Positions 36,852 through 45,882 of a stretch of DNA of 64,000 nucleotides are shown piece after piece. The stretch covers positions 4,366-68,365 of the forward strand of contig JAILQZ010000002.1 in the NCBI GenBank assembly GCA_024698685.1, written 5' to 3'. Positions within the stretch are counted from its first letter, which is position 1, and each line of letters opens with the position of its first letter. The stretch is from a bacterium. Lineage in GTDB: Bacteria > Actinomycetota > Coriobacteriia > Coriobacteriales > CADBOM01. Made by a program: the position numbers and the translations under genes. The notes below the pieces were generated by a model. The model was given only the letters and a program-made list of their open reading frames with translations, ran no database searches and had not been told where the DNA came from.

Positions 36852-37736
36852 TTACTCGCCAGCGAGCTCGAATCCCCACTTCTGCCAGATCTCCTGAGCG
36901 CCCTCGTCTGTCAGGCACCAGTCGATAAAGGCCTGAGCAGCCTGGGAGTTAGCGGAGTTGGCGATGACGGCCGCGGGATAGACGATGTCCTTGTGGGTAT
37001 CGGCAGCAACAGTGCCGACGACCTTGACGCCACCGAAGCGATAGACATCGGAGGTGTAGACGAACGCGATGTCGACGTCGCCGGACTCAGCATGCTTGCA
37101 GACGTTGCCGACGCTGGTGTCGGTGACTACCTTGCCATCGATCGGGGTTCCGGCATATGCATCGGTTCCGTTGGCCTTGCCAGCGCTCTCAGAACCGGTC
37201 TTGCCATCGGGATCGACGAAGCAGCCGACGGTGGAGAGGGACTGGTTGGCATAGTTGCCGGCGGGTACGGAGTCATCGCCGACGGCGACCGTGTACTGGC
37301 CGGAAGCAATGTCATCGAGGGTGACCTCGGCGATCGCATCGTTGTTGGCTGCAGTGACCATAACGAGATCGTTCTTGAACATAGTGGTGCGGCTCGCAGC
37401 ATCGATGTAGCCAGCAGCTTCGGCATCATCCATCTTGCCAGCGGATGCGCTGATCAGGACGTCAGCCTGGCCACCAGCCTCGAGCATCGAGTTGAGCTCG
37501 CCGGAGCTCTTGTACTGGGTATCCGCGAAGGTGACGTTGGGATGCTGCTCGGTGAAGAGGGCCTGAGCCTCCTCCATCGCTTTGGAAAGCGAGTTCGCCG
37601 CGTAGATCTGCAGCGTAACGTCCTCGGTTGGGACCTCGGTTGCCTTCTTGCCCGAGCATCCGCCGAGAAGCGCCACGCAAGCCAGCGAAAGGGCTACGAC
37701 GAGCGACAGCACGACTGCGGAAATCTTCTTCATCAA
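36852..37736 (-). CDS. modA: Molybdate ABC substrate-binding lipoprotein ModA.
   Basis: 294 aa with the lipobox LLGGCSG and ModA-like sequence (...IYAANSLSKAMEEA...VLISASAGKMD...). Confidence 0.85.
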   Translation of the reverse strand: MMKKISAVVLSLVVALSLACVALLGGCSGKKATEVPTEDVTLQIYAANSLSKAMEEAQALFTEQHPNVTFADTQYKSSGELNSMLEAGGQADVLISASAGKMDDAEAAGYIDAASRTTMFKNDLVMVTAANNDAIAEVTLDDIASGQYTVAVGDDSVPAGNYANQSLSTVGCFVDPDGKTGSESAGKANGTDAYAGTPIDGKVVTDTSVGNVCKHAESGDVDIAFVYTSDVYRFGGVKVVGTVAADTHKDIVYPAAVIANSANSQAAQAFIDWCLTDEGAQEIWQKWGFELAGE

Positions 37737-37811
37737 TTGCCTCCTTGTTTGGTATGACCTTGCGCCCTTTGACTCGATTCGGGCGCACTGTATGATTTAA
37801 TTATTCTCCAA

Positions 37812-37831
37812 TTAAAATAATTTTAAGTCAA
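37812..37831 (-). promoter_or_regulatory. AT-rich palindrome abutting a TTGACT -35-like box upstream of modA.
   Basis: ttaaaataattttaa (37812-37826) is a 7-1-7 palindrome. The minus-strand TTGACT is at 37831..37826. The surrounding ~60 nt are far more AT-rich than the rest of the window. Confidence 0.35.
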
Positions 37832-37850
37832 GTATATTCGCGAGACAGAA

Positions 37851-37889
37851 TAGCAAACGGAGGCGCCGCGAGCATGCGCCGCACCTCCG
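37851..37889 (-). terminator. Terminator after the MoaE-like gene.
   Basis: An imperfect 13-bp GC-rich stem spans 37858-37889. On the minus strand it is followed by TTTGCTATT. Confidence 0.55.
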
Positions 37890-37927
37890 ATGATCGCTTC
37901 CGAGAGTGCTCTTCGAGGAGCCTCCCG

Positions 37928-38341
37928 CTATGCGTAGTTCTCGTGCTCGACGACGAGATTCTCCTTGATGTTCCCTACGAGCCTCTGCAGCGCATCGATC
38001 GCATTCGGCCTGATATCCGCTCCGATCAGGACGTACATCAGCGAGTCGCCCACCTTCAGCGTTCCCTCGTTGAGCCACACGCGCACGTAGTGGACGCCAG
38101 GCCAGGTCCTGGCATCGGCGATCGCCCTCTCCAGCCCCTCGGCATCGTATGAGAAGTCGACCGAGACCACCTCGCCGAGCGCCGCACCTGCTGCGCGCTC
38201 CTCATCGGTCTGTGCGCGCGCCTGCTTCTTTGGCGTGATCCTCACAACGCCGTTATGGGTTAGGTACATGCCGATCTCGGCCGCTTCGGGCGAGGCCTTG
38301 GCCTCAGCCAGCCACTGATCGATCGAAGGCGTCTGCTTCAT
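37928..38341 (-). CDS. MoaE-like protein (distant molybdopterin synthase large-subunit family).
   Basis: 137 aa. By eye the pattern G.Y.THNGVVR...VRVWLNEGTLKVGDSLMYVLIGADIRPNAIDALQRLVGNIKE resembles MoaE (G.VR...G.L..GD......V....R..AF.A......LK). No moaD is adjacent. Confidence 0.45.
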   Translation of the reverse strand: MKQTPSIDQWLAEAKASPEAAEIGMYLTHNGVVRITPKKQARAQTDEERAAGAALGEVVSVDFSYDAEGLERAIADARTWPGVHYVRVWLNEGTLKVGDSLMYVLIGADIRPNAIDALQRLVGNIKENLVVEHENYA

Positions 38342-38359
38342 TTTGCGCTCCCTTCCCCT

Positions 38360-39229
38360 CTAGAATGTGCCGCCGTAGACCGGGAAGAAGCTGTGCTCTC
38401 CGTAGTCCTTGATCTGCTCGATGTTCTTCAGCGCCTCCATGTCCTCGTCGGAGATGACGAAGTCGACGTTGGCGTTATCGCGCATGTGGTCTGGGTTGGC
38501 GGTCTTCGGCAGCGAGACCGTGCCTAGCTGCAGAGTGTAGCGCACGCAGAGCGCAGCCACAGAGACGCCGTACTTGGCCGCCATCGCCTTGATCGCCTCG
38601 TTCTTGAACGCCTCGCCGTGGGCAATGGGCGAATACGCCTCGACTACGATGTCGTTGGCCTGGCAATATTCGATGAGCTCCAACGGCGTGTTGGAGATGT
38701 GCGCGAGGATCTGGTTGACCATCGGCTTGATCTCGCAGTTCTCGATGATGTTGTCGAGGTCGCCCTCGAGGAAGTTCGAGACGCCGATCGCGCGCAGCTT
38801 GCCCGCCTTGTAGGCATCCTCGAGTGCGCGCCATGCCGCGATGTTGCCCTCGTAGAACCTGTCCTCGGACTTATTGACCTCCATCCACGGCTGCGGGCTG
38901 TGGATAATCATGAGATCGAGGTAGTCGAGCCCGAGCTTCTCCAATGACGCATCGATTCCGGCCGCCGCTTCCTCGTAGGTCTTGTGCTCGGCTGCCACCT
39001 TGGTGGTGACGAAGAGCTCCTCGCGCGGAATGCCGCTCCTGCGGATGCCTTCGCCGCAGCCGACCTCGTTCTCATAGGCCTGGGCAGTGTCGATGTGGCG
39101 ATAGCCGATCTCGATGGCCTGCTCGACCGCGGTTGCCGCAACCTCGTCAGGGTTGATCAGCCAAGTCCCGAACCCGAGCACCGGGATGTCCGCGCCGTTG
39201 TTCAACTTGATGGTCTCGTTGAAGATCAT
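38360..39229 (-). CDS. Aldo/keto reductase (2,5-diketo-D-gluconate reductase-like).
   Basis: The ORF runs 38360..39247 and begins with GTG. I prefer the ATG at 39229 (MIFNETIKLNNGADIPVLGFGTW), which has AAAGGAAAG 5 nt upstream. Confidence 0.85.
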   Translation of the reverse strand: MIFNETIKLNNGADIPVLGFGTWLINPDEVAATAVEQAIEIGYRHIDTAQAYENEVGCGEGIRRSGIPREELFVTTKVAAEHKTYEEAAAGIDASLEKLGLDYLDLMIIHSPQPWMEVNKSEDRFYEGNIAAWRALEDAYKAGKLRAIGVSNFLEGDLDNIIENCEIKPMVNQILAHISNTPLELIEYCQANDIVVEAYSPIAHGEAFKNEAIKAMAAKYGVSVAALCVRYTLQLGTVSLPKTANPDHMRDNANVDFVISDEDMEALKNIEQIKDYGEHSFFPVYGGTF

Positions 39230-39325
39230 TCTCTTTCCTTTCGTCACATGGGCTCGCCCGATTCAATGCTGTGAATATGGTAGCATTTCCCAAACACGCT
39301 AAGAGCCTCGCGAAGGGAGCCGAGC

Positions 39326-39820
39326 ATGAGCCCGAACATCGACAGCAGCGTCTACATCGCCGAAGGGGCGATAGTCGTCGGTGACGTCACCTTGGGAAGG
39401 GACTGCAACATCTGGCACAACGCCGTACTGCGTGGCGACATCGGCCCGATAGTCGTTGGCGAGGGCACCAGCATCCAGGACAACTGCGTCCTCCACTGCG
39501 GCCCCGGATTCCCCATATCAGTTGGCAATGGAGTCACCATCGGGCACGGAGCGATCGTCCACGGGTGCATGGTGGGCGACAACTCCATGATCGGCATGGG
39601 GGCAACGGTCCTCAACGGCGCTAAGATCGGCAAGAACTGCATCGTGGGAGCGGGCGCGCTGGTCACGCAGGGAACGGAAATCCCCGACGGCAGCATCGCG
39701 TTCGGCAATCCCGCGAAGATCCGCAGGGAAGCAACCGAGAAGGACATCGAGGGCAACCGCCTCAACGCGGAAGGCTACGTGGAGATGGGACGCAAGGCCA
39801 AGCTGGCGCAGGAGGGCTAG
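39326..39820 (+). CDS. Gamma-class carbonic anhydrase / hexapeptide-repeat family protein.
   Basis: 164 aa, with left-handed beta-helix hexapeptide repeats and the motif NIWHNAVLRGD. Confidence 0.8.
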   Translation: MSPNIDSSVYIAEGAIVVGDVTLGRDCNIWHNAVLRGDIGPIVVGEGTSIQDNCVLHCGPGFPISVGNGVTIGHGAIVHGCMVGDNSMIGMGATVLNGAKIGKNCIVGAGALVTQGTEIPDGSIAFGNPAKIRREATEKDIEGNRLNAEGYVEMGRKAKLAQEG

Positions 39821-39865
39821 CGGCCCGTTCCCGACGCTAGCTCACCGCATCCGCCTAAGCCTCAC

Positions 39866-40762
39866 TCAGACCAGATACGGGTTCGGATCGGTAAAAAAAC
39901 CAGGGTCGACCTCCTCGGGCATGCCGTATTTGCCGATCATGATGAACAGGTTGCGGTCCTCCCCGTCGACGGTCTTCTTCCCAAAAGCGCGACCGATGCT
40001 GTACATGCGGTCCCAGTTGTCCAGGAAGCACAGAGTGTCGCTGCGGAAGCCGAAGCGCTCGGCCAGGATCTTCTCCAGGTTCTGCTCCGTGACGCTGACC
40101 AGATACATGGCCTCCTTGATCTTGACGTAATAGGCCTGCTCGTCGCTGCTAGGCATCTCCTGCATCAACTCGCGCAGCTCCTTGGTGGAATCCGGCACCT
40201 CTTGCGTGTCCACCGCGCTCCTCGGGTACGTGATGCGGTACCAATGCGGGTCGTGATAGATGTGGACCGTGGACATGTTGTGCCCGTACACCCAGCGAAC
40301 GCTGGTGCCGGTTACATCGTTGGTGAAGCCATGGCGCCTGATGCCTGTGTGCTCCTTGCCCTCGATGGCGATGTACCCGAAGCCGAAGTGCGATTCGATG
40401 ATGTACGGATAGTATGGGTTCTCCCCCGCCTTGCACAGCAGGAACGTCACCAGCTCCTGCTCCAGGTCGATCACGAAGGTGTGGTTCTCCCGATGCTCCG
40501 TGCCGTCGATGACGAAGGTCAGCAGGTACGTCCAGTCGTCCGACTTCCTGCATTCGTACGCCTCCCGCTTCATCGGGCTGCCGCGGAAGCTCCACTCCAA
40601 CTCCACTCCATCTGCTATCTTGAGCAGATACTCGCCGGCTTCCTCTCCGGTATCCAGAACGAATCGGAATTCCCTTCCCGCGAGCTCGAAGCATTTGGGC
40701 GGGCAGTACTGGTTGATTGATTTTTCCGCTGCTACCGGGCCGAACTTCTCGATAAGATCCAT
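39866..40762 (-). CDS. Hypothetical two-lobed protein, possibly MoaF-family.
   Basis: The ORF runs 39866..40807. I chose the start at MDLIEKFGPVAAEK, preceded by AGGAGG. The N-terminal half (LAGREFRFVLD...YECRKSDDWTYLLTFVI) and C-terminal half (DVTGTSVRWVYGHN...HIYH) resemble my recollection of MoaF N- and C-terminal domains. This is unverified. Confidence 0.4.
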   Translation of the reverse strand: MDLIEKFGPVAAEKSINQYCPPKCFELAGREFRFVLDTGEEAGEYLLKIADGVELEWSFRGSPMKREAYECRKSDDWTYLLTFVIDGTEHRENHTFVIDLEQELVTFLLCKAGENPYYPYIIESHFGFGYIAIEGKEHTGIRRHGFTNDVTGTSVRWVYGHNMSTVHIYHDPHWYRITYPRSAVDTQEVPDSTKELRELMQEMPSSDEQAYYVKIKEAMYLVSVTEQNLEKILAERFGFRSDTLCFLDNWDRMYSIGRAFGKKTVDGEDRNLFIMIGKYGMPEEVDPGFFTDPNPYLV

Positions 40763-40886
40763 GGCGCACGCCTCCTGTTTGCCCTGCGTTTGCAGTTGCC
40801 GCTGCATAGAATGCGACGGCTTCCCCCGAATCAGAACATCAACAGCATTATATTGCGTACTGCCGCACAGAGAAACGGCGGGCGAA

Positions 40887-41630
40887 TCAGCCGATGTTGG
40901 CCAGGATGGCGTTTGTCAGGAAGCGCGTGGCCCCCTCGCCAGCGCGCTCATCGTAGTAGGCCACGAACCGCGGGTCTTTGAGATAGCCCTGCGCCAGACC
41001 CCTGTGGGCCTGCTCGTTGTAGGCGCCCTCGCCCCATTGCATCGAGATCCACTTGGCATGCATCGACGCGAGCTCGCACGCCGCAACCCCAGCGGCGTCT
41101 CCCGTGGCCATCGCAGCTTTGAGCTGCTCGATTATCGCCAGCTCCAGCTCGCCGAGGCCCTTCCATTCGCGCTCGTCCATCGCAAGCAGCCTCTCGTTTG
41201 CGGCATCGACCGCCTCATCGCCGTAGCGCTCGCGCGCCTCGGCGCCATACTCGCGCTCATTGGCGCTAACGGCCCTCCAGCGCTCCAGCGCTGGGAGCAT
41301 CGCGCCCATGAAGGAGACCGCCTCGTCGAGCGTCGTCCCAGCGTAGCGGGATAGCAAGGGCGCGCACCCTTCGATCAACGCTTCGGAATCGCCGTCGCCC
41401 TCGGCTGTCGGGATCAGCGCACTCTCCCCGATCTCCGGCATCTCGAGAAGGCTCGAAATGGGCACGTCGAGCGTTACCGCGATCAGCTTGCACATGTCGA
41501 TTCCCGGGGTGGTCTCACCGTTCTCCCAGCGCGAGATGGCCTGCCTCGTCACGTAGAGCCTCTCGGCGAGCTCGCTCTGCGAAAGGCCGCTGGACTGCCG
41601 AAGCCTCGCGATCATGTCTCCAAGCGCCAT
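40887..41630 (-). CDS. XRE-family HTH regulator fused to a TipAS-like effector domain.
   Basis: 247 aa. The N-terminus is LSQSELAERLYVTRQAISRWENGETTP. The C-terminus GLAQGYLKDPRFVAYYDERAGEGATRFLTNAILANI is like the TipAS antibiotic-recognition domain. Confidence 0.7.
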   Translation of the reverse strand: MALGDMIARLRQSSGLSQSELAERLYVTRQAISRWENGETTPGIDMCKLIAVTLDVPISSLLEMPEIGESALIPTAEGDGDSEALIEGCAPLLSRYAGTTLDEAVSFMGAMLPALERWRAVSANEREYGAEARERYGDEAVDAANERLLAMDEREWKGLGELELAIIEQLKAAMATGDAAGVAACELASMHAKWISMQWGEGAYNEQAHRGLAQGYLKDPRFVAYYDERAGEGATRFLTNAILANIG

Positions 41631-41871
41631 ATCTCTCCCTTCATCGTGCTTCTTCGTCGATTCTCCCAGCTTGAAGCCGCGTCGTCCAGAAACGGCCTGT
41701 TGCTAGCTGGAAACCAGGGCGCTTAACTTGTCCAAAAAACTCATTATCTCGAATCCATCACCCCTTTGGTCGCCTTTTTGCGAATTGATTGGGCCATAGC
41801 CTCGCGCGGCTTGTCCGTGGCGGGTAAACTTAGCACATGCAAGCCAACCGCGATGAAAGCAAGGTGCGCCG

Positions 41872-42969
41872 ATGGCAAACGCCCCCTCTCGGAACCAGCT
41901 GATATGCCTTAGCTGCTCGGAGACCTTCGAGCTTGACGAGCTCGAAGTCAAGGGAGGAATCGGCTATTGCCCGAGGTGCGGCGCGCAGCTGCTCGAGCGC
42001 GATTACGACGCGGCGGCCAACGCGATCTTCGAGAAGGTCGCGCAGACCAAGGACACCGTCGGCCAACTCGAGGAGGAGATCTCCGAACTCAACGCGCAGA
42101 TCGACTCGCTCGGCAAGCTCAAGGCGCTCAAGAGGCGCTCGCTTTCCAAGCAGGTCCTCGCCAAGGAGATGGAGATCGACGAGCTCAACGAGAGCATCGG
42201 CCCCACGCGCAAGCCGCTAGGCTCCATCGCGCGCAGCAGATACCTCTCCGGCAGTTGGAACGTCGGCGCGCAGATCGGGCTGCGCACCGATGGCGAGGAG
42301 CAGGACGAGGGCCATTCGCTCGAGCCTCGCTACGCCAGCGACGGCACCTTCGAGCTCATCCCAAGCGCCTATCCCTCCCCGACTCCCACGGACAAGCACA
42401 TCATCGAGCGCTTCGACGTCTTCGAGATCCTGCGCAAGGCTATCGATGGCGGAGACCTGCGCATGGCGGGAGCGCGCATAGTGCCGTTAGCCAACCTGCG
42501 CCTTCCCTCGACGGAGGACCGCTTCGACCCCAGCGCCGACATGGTGATCCTAGCCCCCAGCAGCGCATTCGTCATCGACGTGCGCGGGTGGAGCGAGCAT
42601 GTGGAGATCATGAACGATGCGCTGTCGAAGGCCTCGGAGGGCGAGGGCCCCGCAGACGACGGCGAACCCGAGATGGATGACCCGCGCCCGAGCAAGCGCA
42701 GCCTCGAATACCATGCGGCGCTCTCCGACTACGGCGCGAACATCTTCGACGTCATCGTCTTCGTCAACCCGCGTTCCTTCATCTCGTCGGGAAGCAGCTT
42801 CCACAGCAACTACTTCGCAGGCTGGTTCAGAAACGGCAACACCAACATCACCGAGGTCATCGCCAAGAAGTGCGCGGCACTCCCCGCGGCATTTTCCGAC
42901 GACGAACTCGAGCAGCGCTTCGACAGCATGTCCGCGAAGCTCATCGACATCGCACGAAGGCTGGGATAG
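41872..42969 (+). CDS. Hypothetical protein with an N-terminal zinc ribbon, a coiled coil and a NERD-like (PD-(D/E)xK-like) central region.
   Basis: 365 aa. The zinc ribbon is CLSC...(x16)...CPRC. Heptad-rich residues run from about 50 to 110. The NERD-like layout is ...ERFDVFEILRKAI...DMVILAPSSAFVIDVRGWS. The stop is 8 nt before the cbiD ATG. Confidence 0.5.
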   Translation: MANAPSRNQLICLSCSETFELDELEVKGGIGYCPRCGAQLLERDYDAAANAIFEKVAQTKDTVGQLEEEISELNAQIDSLGKLKALKRRSLSKQVLAKEMEIDELNESIGPTRKPLGSIARSRYLSGSWNVGAQIGLRTDGEEQDEGHSLEPRYASDGTFELIPSAYPSPTPTDKHIIERFDVFEILRKAIDGGDLRMAGARIVPLANLRLPSTEDRFDPSADMVILAPSSAFVIDVRGWSEHVEIMNDALSKASEGEGPADDGEPEMDDPRPSKRSLEYHAALSDYGANIFDVIVFVNPRSFISSGSSFHSNYFAGWFRNGNTNITEVIAKKCAALPAAFSDDELEQRFDSMSAKLIDIARRLG

Positions 42970-42977
42970 GGGCGCCA

Positions 42978-44114
42978 ATGGCTTTCGAGCACTACGTCTA
43001 CTCCGGAACCGAGAAGCTGCGCCGTGGATTCACCACCGGCACCTGCGCCGCGCTGGCAGCCAAGGCCGCCGCGCTCGCTCTGCTGACCGGCGAGGAGCAG
43101 GCAAGCGTCTCGCTGATGACCCCGGCTGGCCTCGAGGTCGACGTGGAGCTGAGCCGCATGGAGCTCGGCGAGTCGCGCGCAACCTGCGGAGTCTTAAAGG
43201 ATGCCGGCGATGACTACGACGTCACCAACGGCACCGAGGTCATCTCCACCGTCGCGCTCATCGAGCGCGGGGTCGAAATCGACGGCGGACACGGAGTCGG
43301 CAGGGTGACCAAGCCTGGGCTCGACCAGCCCGTCGGCAACGCGGCGATAAACTCAGGCCCGCGCAAGATGATCGCGGGCGAGGTGATGGCCGTCGCCGAA
43401 GACCTCGGCTACACCGGAGGCTTCAGCGTGCTCGTCGAGATACCTGACGGGGCCGAGCTGGCCGCGAAGACCTTCAATCCGCACATCGGCATCGAAGGCG
43501 GCATCTCCGTCCTCGGCACCTCGGGCATCGTCGAGCCGCGCAGCCTCAAGGCACTGATGGACTCCCTCGAGGTCGAGATCCACGCCTGCGCCGCCTCTGG
43601 CAGCAAGCGCCTGATAGTCACCCCTGGCAATTACGGCGAGAACTTCCTTGCAACGATGGGGTTGCCCGAGGGCATTCCCACCGTCAAGTGCGCGAACTTC
43701 ATCGGCAACACGCTCGACTGCATCGCGCGCGAGGGGTTCGAGGAGGTCCTGCTCGTCGGGCACATCGGCAAGATGGTCAAGGTAGCCGGCGGCATCATGG
43801 ACACGCACTCGAAGGTGGCTGACTGCCGCTGCGAGATCTTCGCCGCGCACGCGGCCTATTGCGGCGCGAGCCAAGAGGCCATAGCGCGGATATTCGACGC
43901 GGCCACCAGCGATGCCTGCCTCGACATCCTCGAGGAATGCGGACTCAAGGAGCCCGTGATCGAGCGGGTGATCGATGCCATCCAATCGCGCCTGGAGCAT
44001 CGCGTCGACGGCGCGTATGGAATCGGCTGCGTGGTCTTCACCAATCGCACGGGCAGCCTTGGAATGAGCGACGAGGCGAAGGTCCTCGTCGAGAACTGGA
44101 GGGAAAGGGCATGA
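42978..44114 (+). CDS. cbiD: Cobalt-precorrin-5B (C1)-methyltransferase CbiD.
   Basis: The ORF runs 42870..44114. I chose the start at MAFEHYVYSGTEKLRRGFTTGTCAA. Confidence 0.9.
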   Translation: MAFEHYVYSGTEKLRRGFTTGTCAALAAKAAALALLTGEEQASVSLMTPAGLEVDVELSRMELGESRATCGVLKDAGDDYDVTNGTEVISTVALIERGVEIDGGHGVGRVTKPGLDQPVGNAAINSGPRKMIAGEVMAVAEDLGYTGGFSVLVEIPDGAELAAKTFNPHIGIEGGISVLGTSGIVEPRSLKALMDSLEVEIHACAASGSKRLIVTPGNYGENFLATMGLPEGIPTVKCANFIGNTLDCIAREGFEEVLLVGHIGKMVKVAGGIMDTHSKVADCRCEIFAAHAAYCGASQEAIARIFDAATSDACLDILEECGLKEPVIERVIDAIQSRLEHRVDGAYGIGCVVFTNRTGSLGMSDEAKVLVENWRERA

Positions 44115-44872
44115 TTCACTTCGTTGGAGCCGGCAGCGGCGCAACCGACCTCATCACGCTCAGGGGCGCCAAGCACCTCGAGAGCGCCGACGTCATCATC
44201 TACGCCGGAAGCCTCGTCAATCCCGAGCTGTTGGCCTTGGCCAAGCAGGGCTGCGAGATTCACAACAGCGCGACGATGACGCTCGAGGAGGTCATCGAGG
44301 TCATGCTGCGCGCAGAGGCCGAAGGGCTGAAGACCGTGCGCCTGCACACCGGCGATCCCTGCCTCTACGGCGCGATCCGCGAGCAGATGGACATCCTCGA
44401 CGAGCACGGCATCGAATACGACTACACCCCCGGCGTCTCGAGCTTCTGCGGCGCGGCCGCCGCGCTCAAGGCCGAGTACACGCTCCCCGAGGTTTCGCAG
44501 AGCGTCATCATCACTCGCCTCGAGGGGCGCACCCCCGTCCCCAGCGGAGAGGCGATGGCGAAGATGGCCTCGCACGGCTGCTCGATGGTGATCTTCCTCT
44601 CGACGGGCATGCTCGAGAGGCTGCAGGCCGAGCTCATCGCGGGCGGAGCCTACACCGAAGATACCCCGGCGGCGCTCGTCTACAAGGCCACTTGGCCGGA
44701 TGAGAAGGTCTTCCGCTGCACTGTCGGCACGCTCGCGCAAACCGCGGCGGACAACAACATCACCAAAACCGCGCTCGTCTGCGTTGGCGGCTTCCTCGAC
44801 AGCGCATACGACCGCTCCAAGCTCTACGACCCGACGTTTTCCACCGAATACCGCAAAGCGAGCGCGCATTGA
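44111..44872 (+). CDS. cbiF: Cobalt-precorrin-4 C11-methyltransferase CbiF.
   Basis: Starts MIHFVGAGSGATDLITLRG. The ATG overlaps the cbiD stop as ATGA. Confidence 0.9.
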   Translation: MIHFVGAGSGATDLITLRGAKHLESADVIIYAGSLVNPELLALAKQGCEIHNSATMTLEEVIEVMLRAEAEGLKTVRLHTGDPCLYGAIREQMDILDEHGIEYDYTPGVSSFCGAAAALKAEYTLPEVSQSVIITRLEGRTPVPSGEAMAKMASHGCSMVIFLSTGMLERLQAELIAGGAYTEDTPAALVYKATWPDEKVFRCTVGTLAQTAADNNITKTALVCVGGFLDSAYDRSKLYDPTFSTEYRKASAH

Positions 44873-45870
44873 GAATCTCGACGATCGCATTCACCGATAG
44901 CGGGCTGGATCTCGCCAACAGGATAGCCGCCGCCCTCGAGGCCGAGGGCGAGCAGGTCGACGTAGCGCGCGGCTTCGGCGAGGGCAAGGCCAACCACAGG
45001 GAGTGGGCCGCCGAGCGATTCGGCACCTCCGACGCGCTGCTGTTCGTGGGTGCGCTCGGCATCTGCGTGCGCTCTATCGCGCCGCATATCGCGTCGAAGG
45101 CGACAGACCCCGCTGTGGTCTGCATCGACGAGGGCGCGCGCTTCTGCATCTCGGTGCTCTCCGGGCACATCGGCGGGGCGAACCAGCTGGCTCATCGCAT
45201 CGCGAGCGCTTGCGGAGCGACCCCCGTCGTCACCACGGCAACCGATGTCCGCGGCGTCTTCGCCATCGACAGCTGGGCGGTGTCGCAGGGCCTCGCGGTG
45301 GCGAATCCGCAGGTCATCAAAGAGATCTCGAGCACGCTGCTCGCTGGCGGCACCGTGAGCTACGCTAGCAGGCTGCCCATCGAGGGCGAGGTTCCCAAGG
45401 GGCTCGTCGAGGCCAGCGACCCCTACTCCGCCAGCATCTTCATAGGCGAGCGAGCCCCCGAAGGTGCGCTGCATCTCATCCCGCGCACCGGCATCCTCGG
45501 CATCGGCTGCAGGCGCGGCACTAGCTGTGAGACGATCGAGGCCGCAGCGGCGAGGTTCCTCGCCGACAACGCCATCGACCCGCTCTCCATCGCGCTCATA
45601 GCGAGCATCGACCTCAAGGCCAACGAGGAAGGTCTTCTCGCTTTCGCAGCATCGCGCAGGCTCGAGCTCGTCACGTTCGATTCGGAAACGCTCAACGCCC
45701 AGGAGGGCGACTTCTCCTCCTCGGGCTTCGTCAAGGGAATCACAGGCACAGACAACGTCTGCGCACGCGCGGCGGTAGCGGCTGGCGGAGAGGTCGTCGT
45801 CGGCAAGACGGTCGTCAACGGCATGACGTTCGCTCTCTCCAAGCGCTCGCTAACGCTGGCGTGGCAGTGA
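44869..45870 (+). CDS. cbiG: Cobalt-precorrin-5A hydrolase CbiG.
   Basis: 333 aa with a TTG start that overlaps the cbiF stop. It carries the motif SVLSGHIGGANQLA. Confidence 0.85.
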   Translation: MRISTIAFTDSGLDLANRIAAALEAEGEQVDVARGFGEGKANHREWAAERFGTSDALLFVGALGICVRSIAPHIASKATDPAVVCIDEGARFCISVLSGHIGGANQLAHRIASACGATPVVTTATDVRGVFAIDSWAVSQGLAVANPQVIKEISSTLLAGGTVSYASRLPIEGEVPKGLVEASDPYSASIFIGERAPEGALHLIPRTGILGIGCRRGTSCETIEAAAARFLADNAIDPLSIALIASIDLKANEEGLLAFAASRRLELVTFDSETLNAQEGDFSSSGFVKGITGTDNVCARAAVAAGGEVVVGKTVVNGMTFALSKRSLTLAWQ

Positions 45871-45882
45871 AGGGAAGTTGAA

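Noticed and set aside
41703-41951. 82-aa minus-strand ORF in the XRE / zinc-ribbon divergent region.
   Set aside because: It overlaps the 5' end of the zinc-ribbon gene antisense. It has no RBS and an odd composition, starting with poly-Ser.
43856-44890. 344-aa minus-strand ORF. Similar long antisense ORFs occur at 47051..48631, 48583..50166, 49769..50773 and 51520..52149.
   Set aside because: All are antisense to translationally coupled cbi/cob genes with unambiguous family signatures. They have shadow-frame composition.
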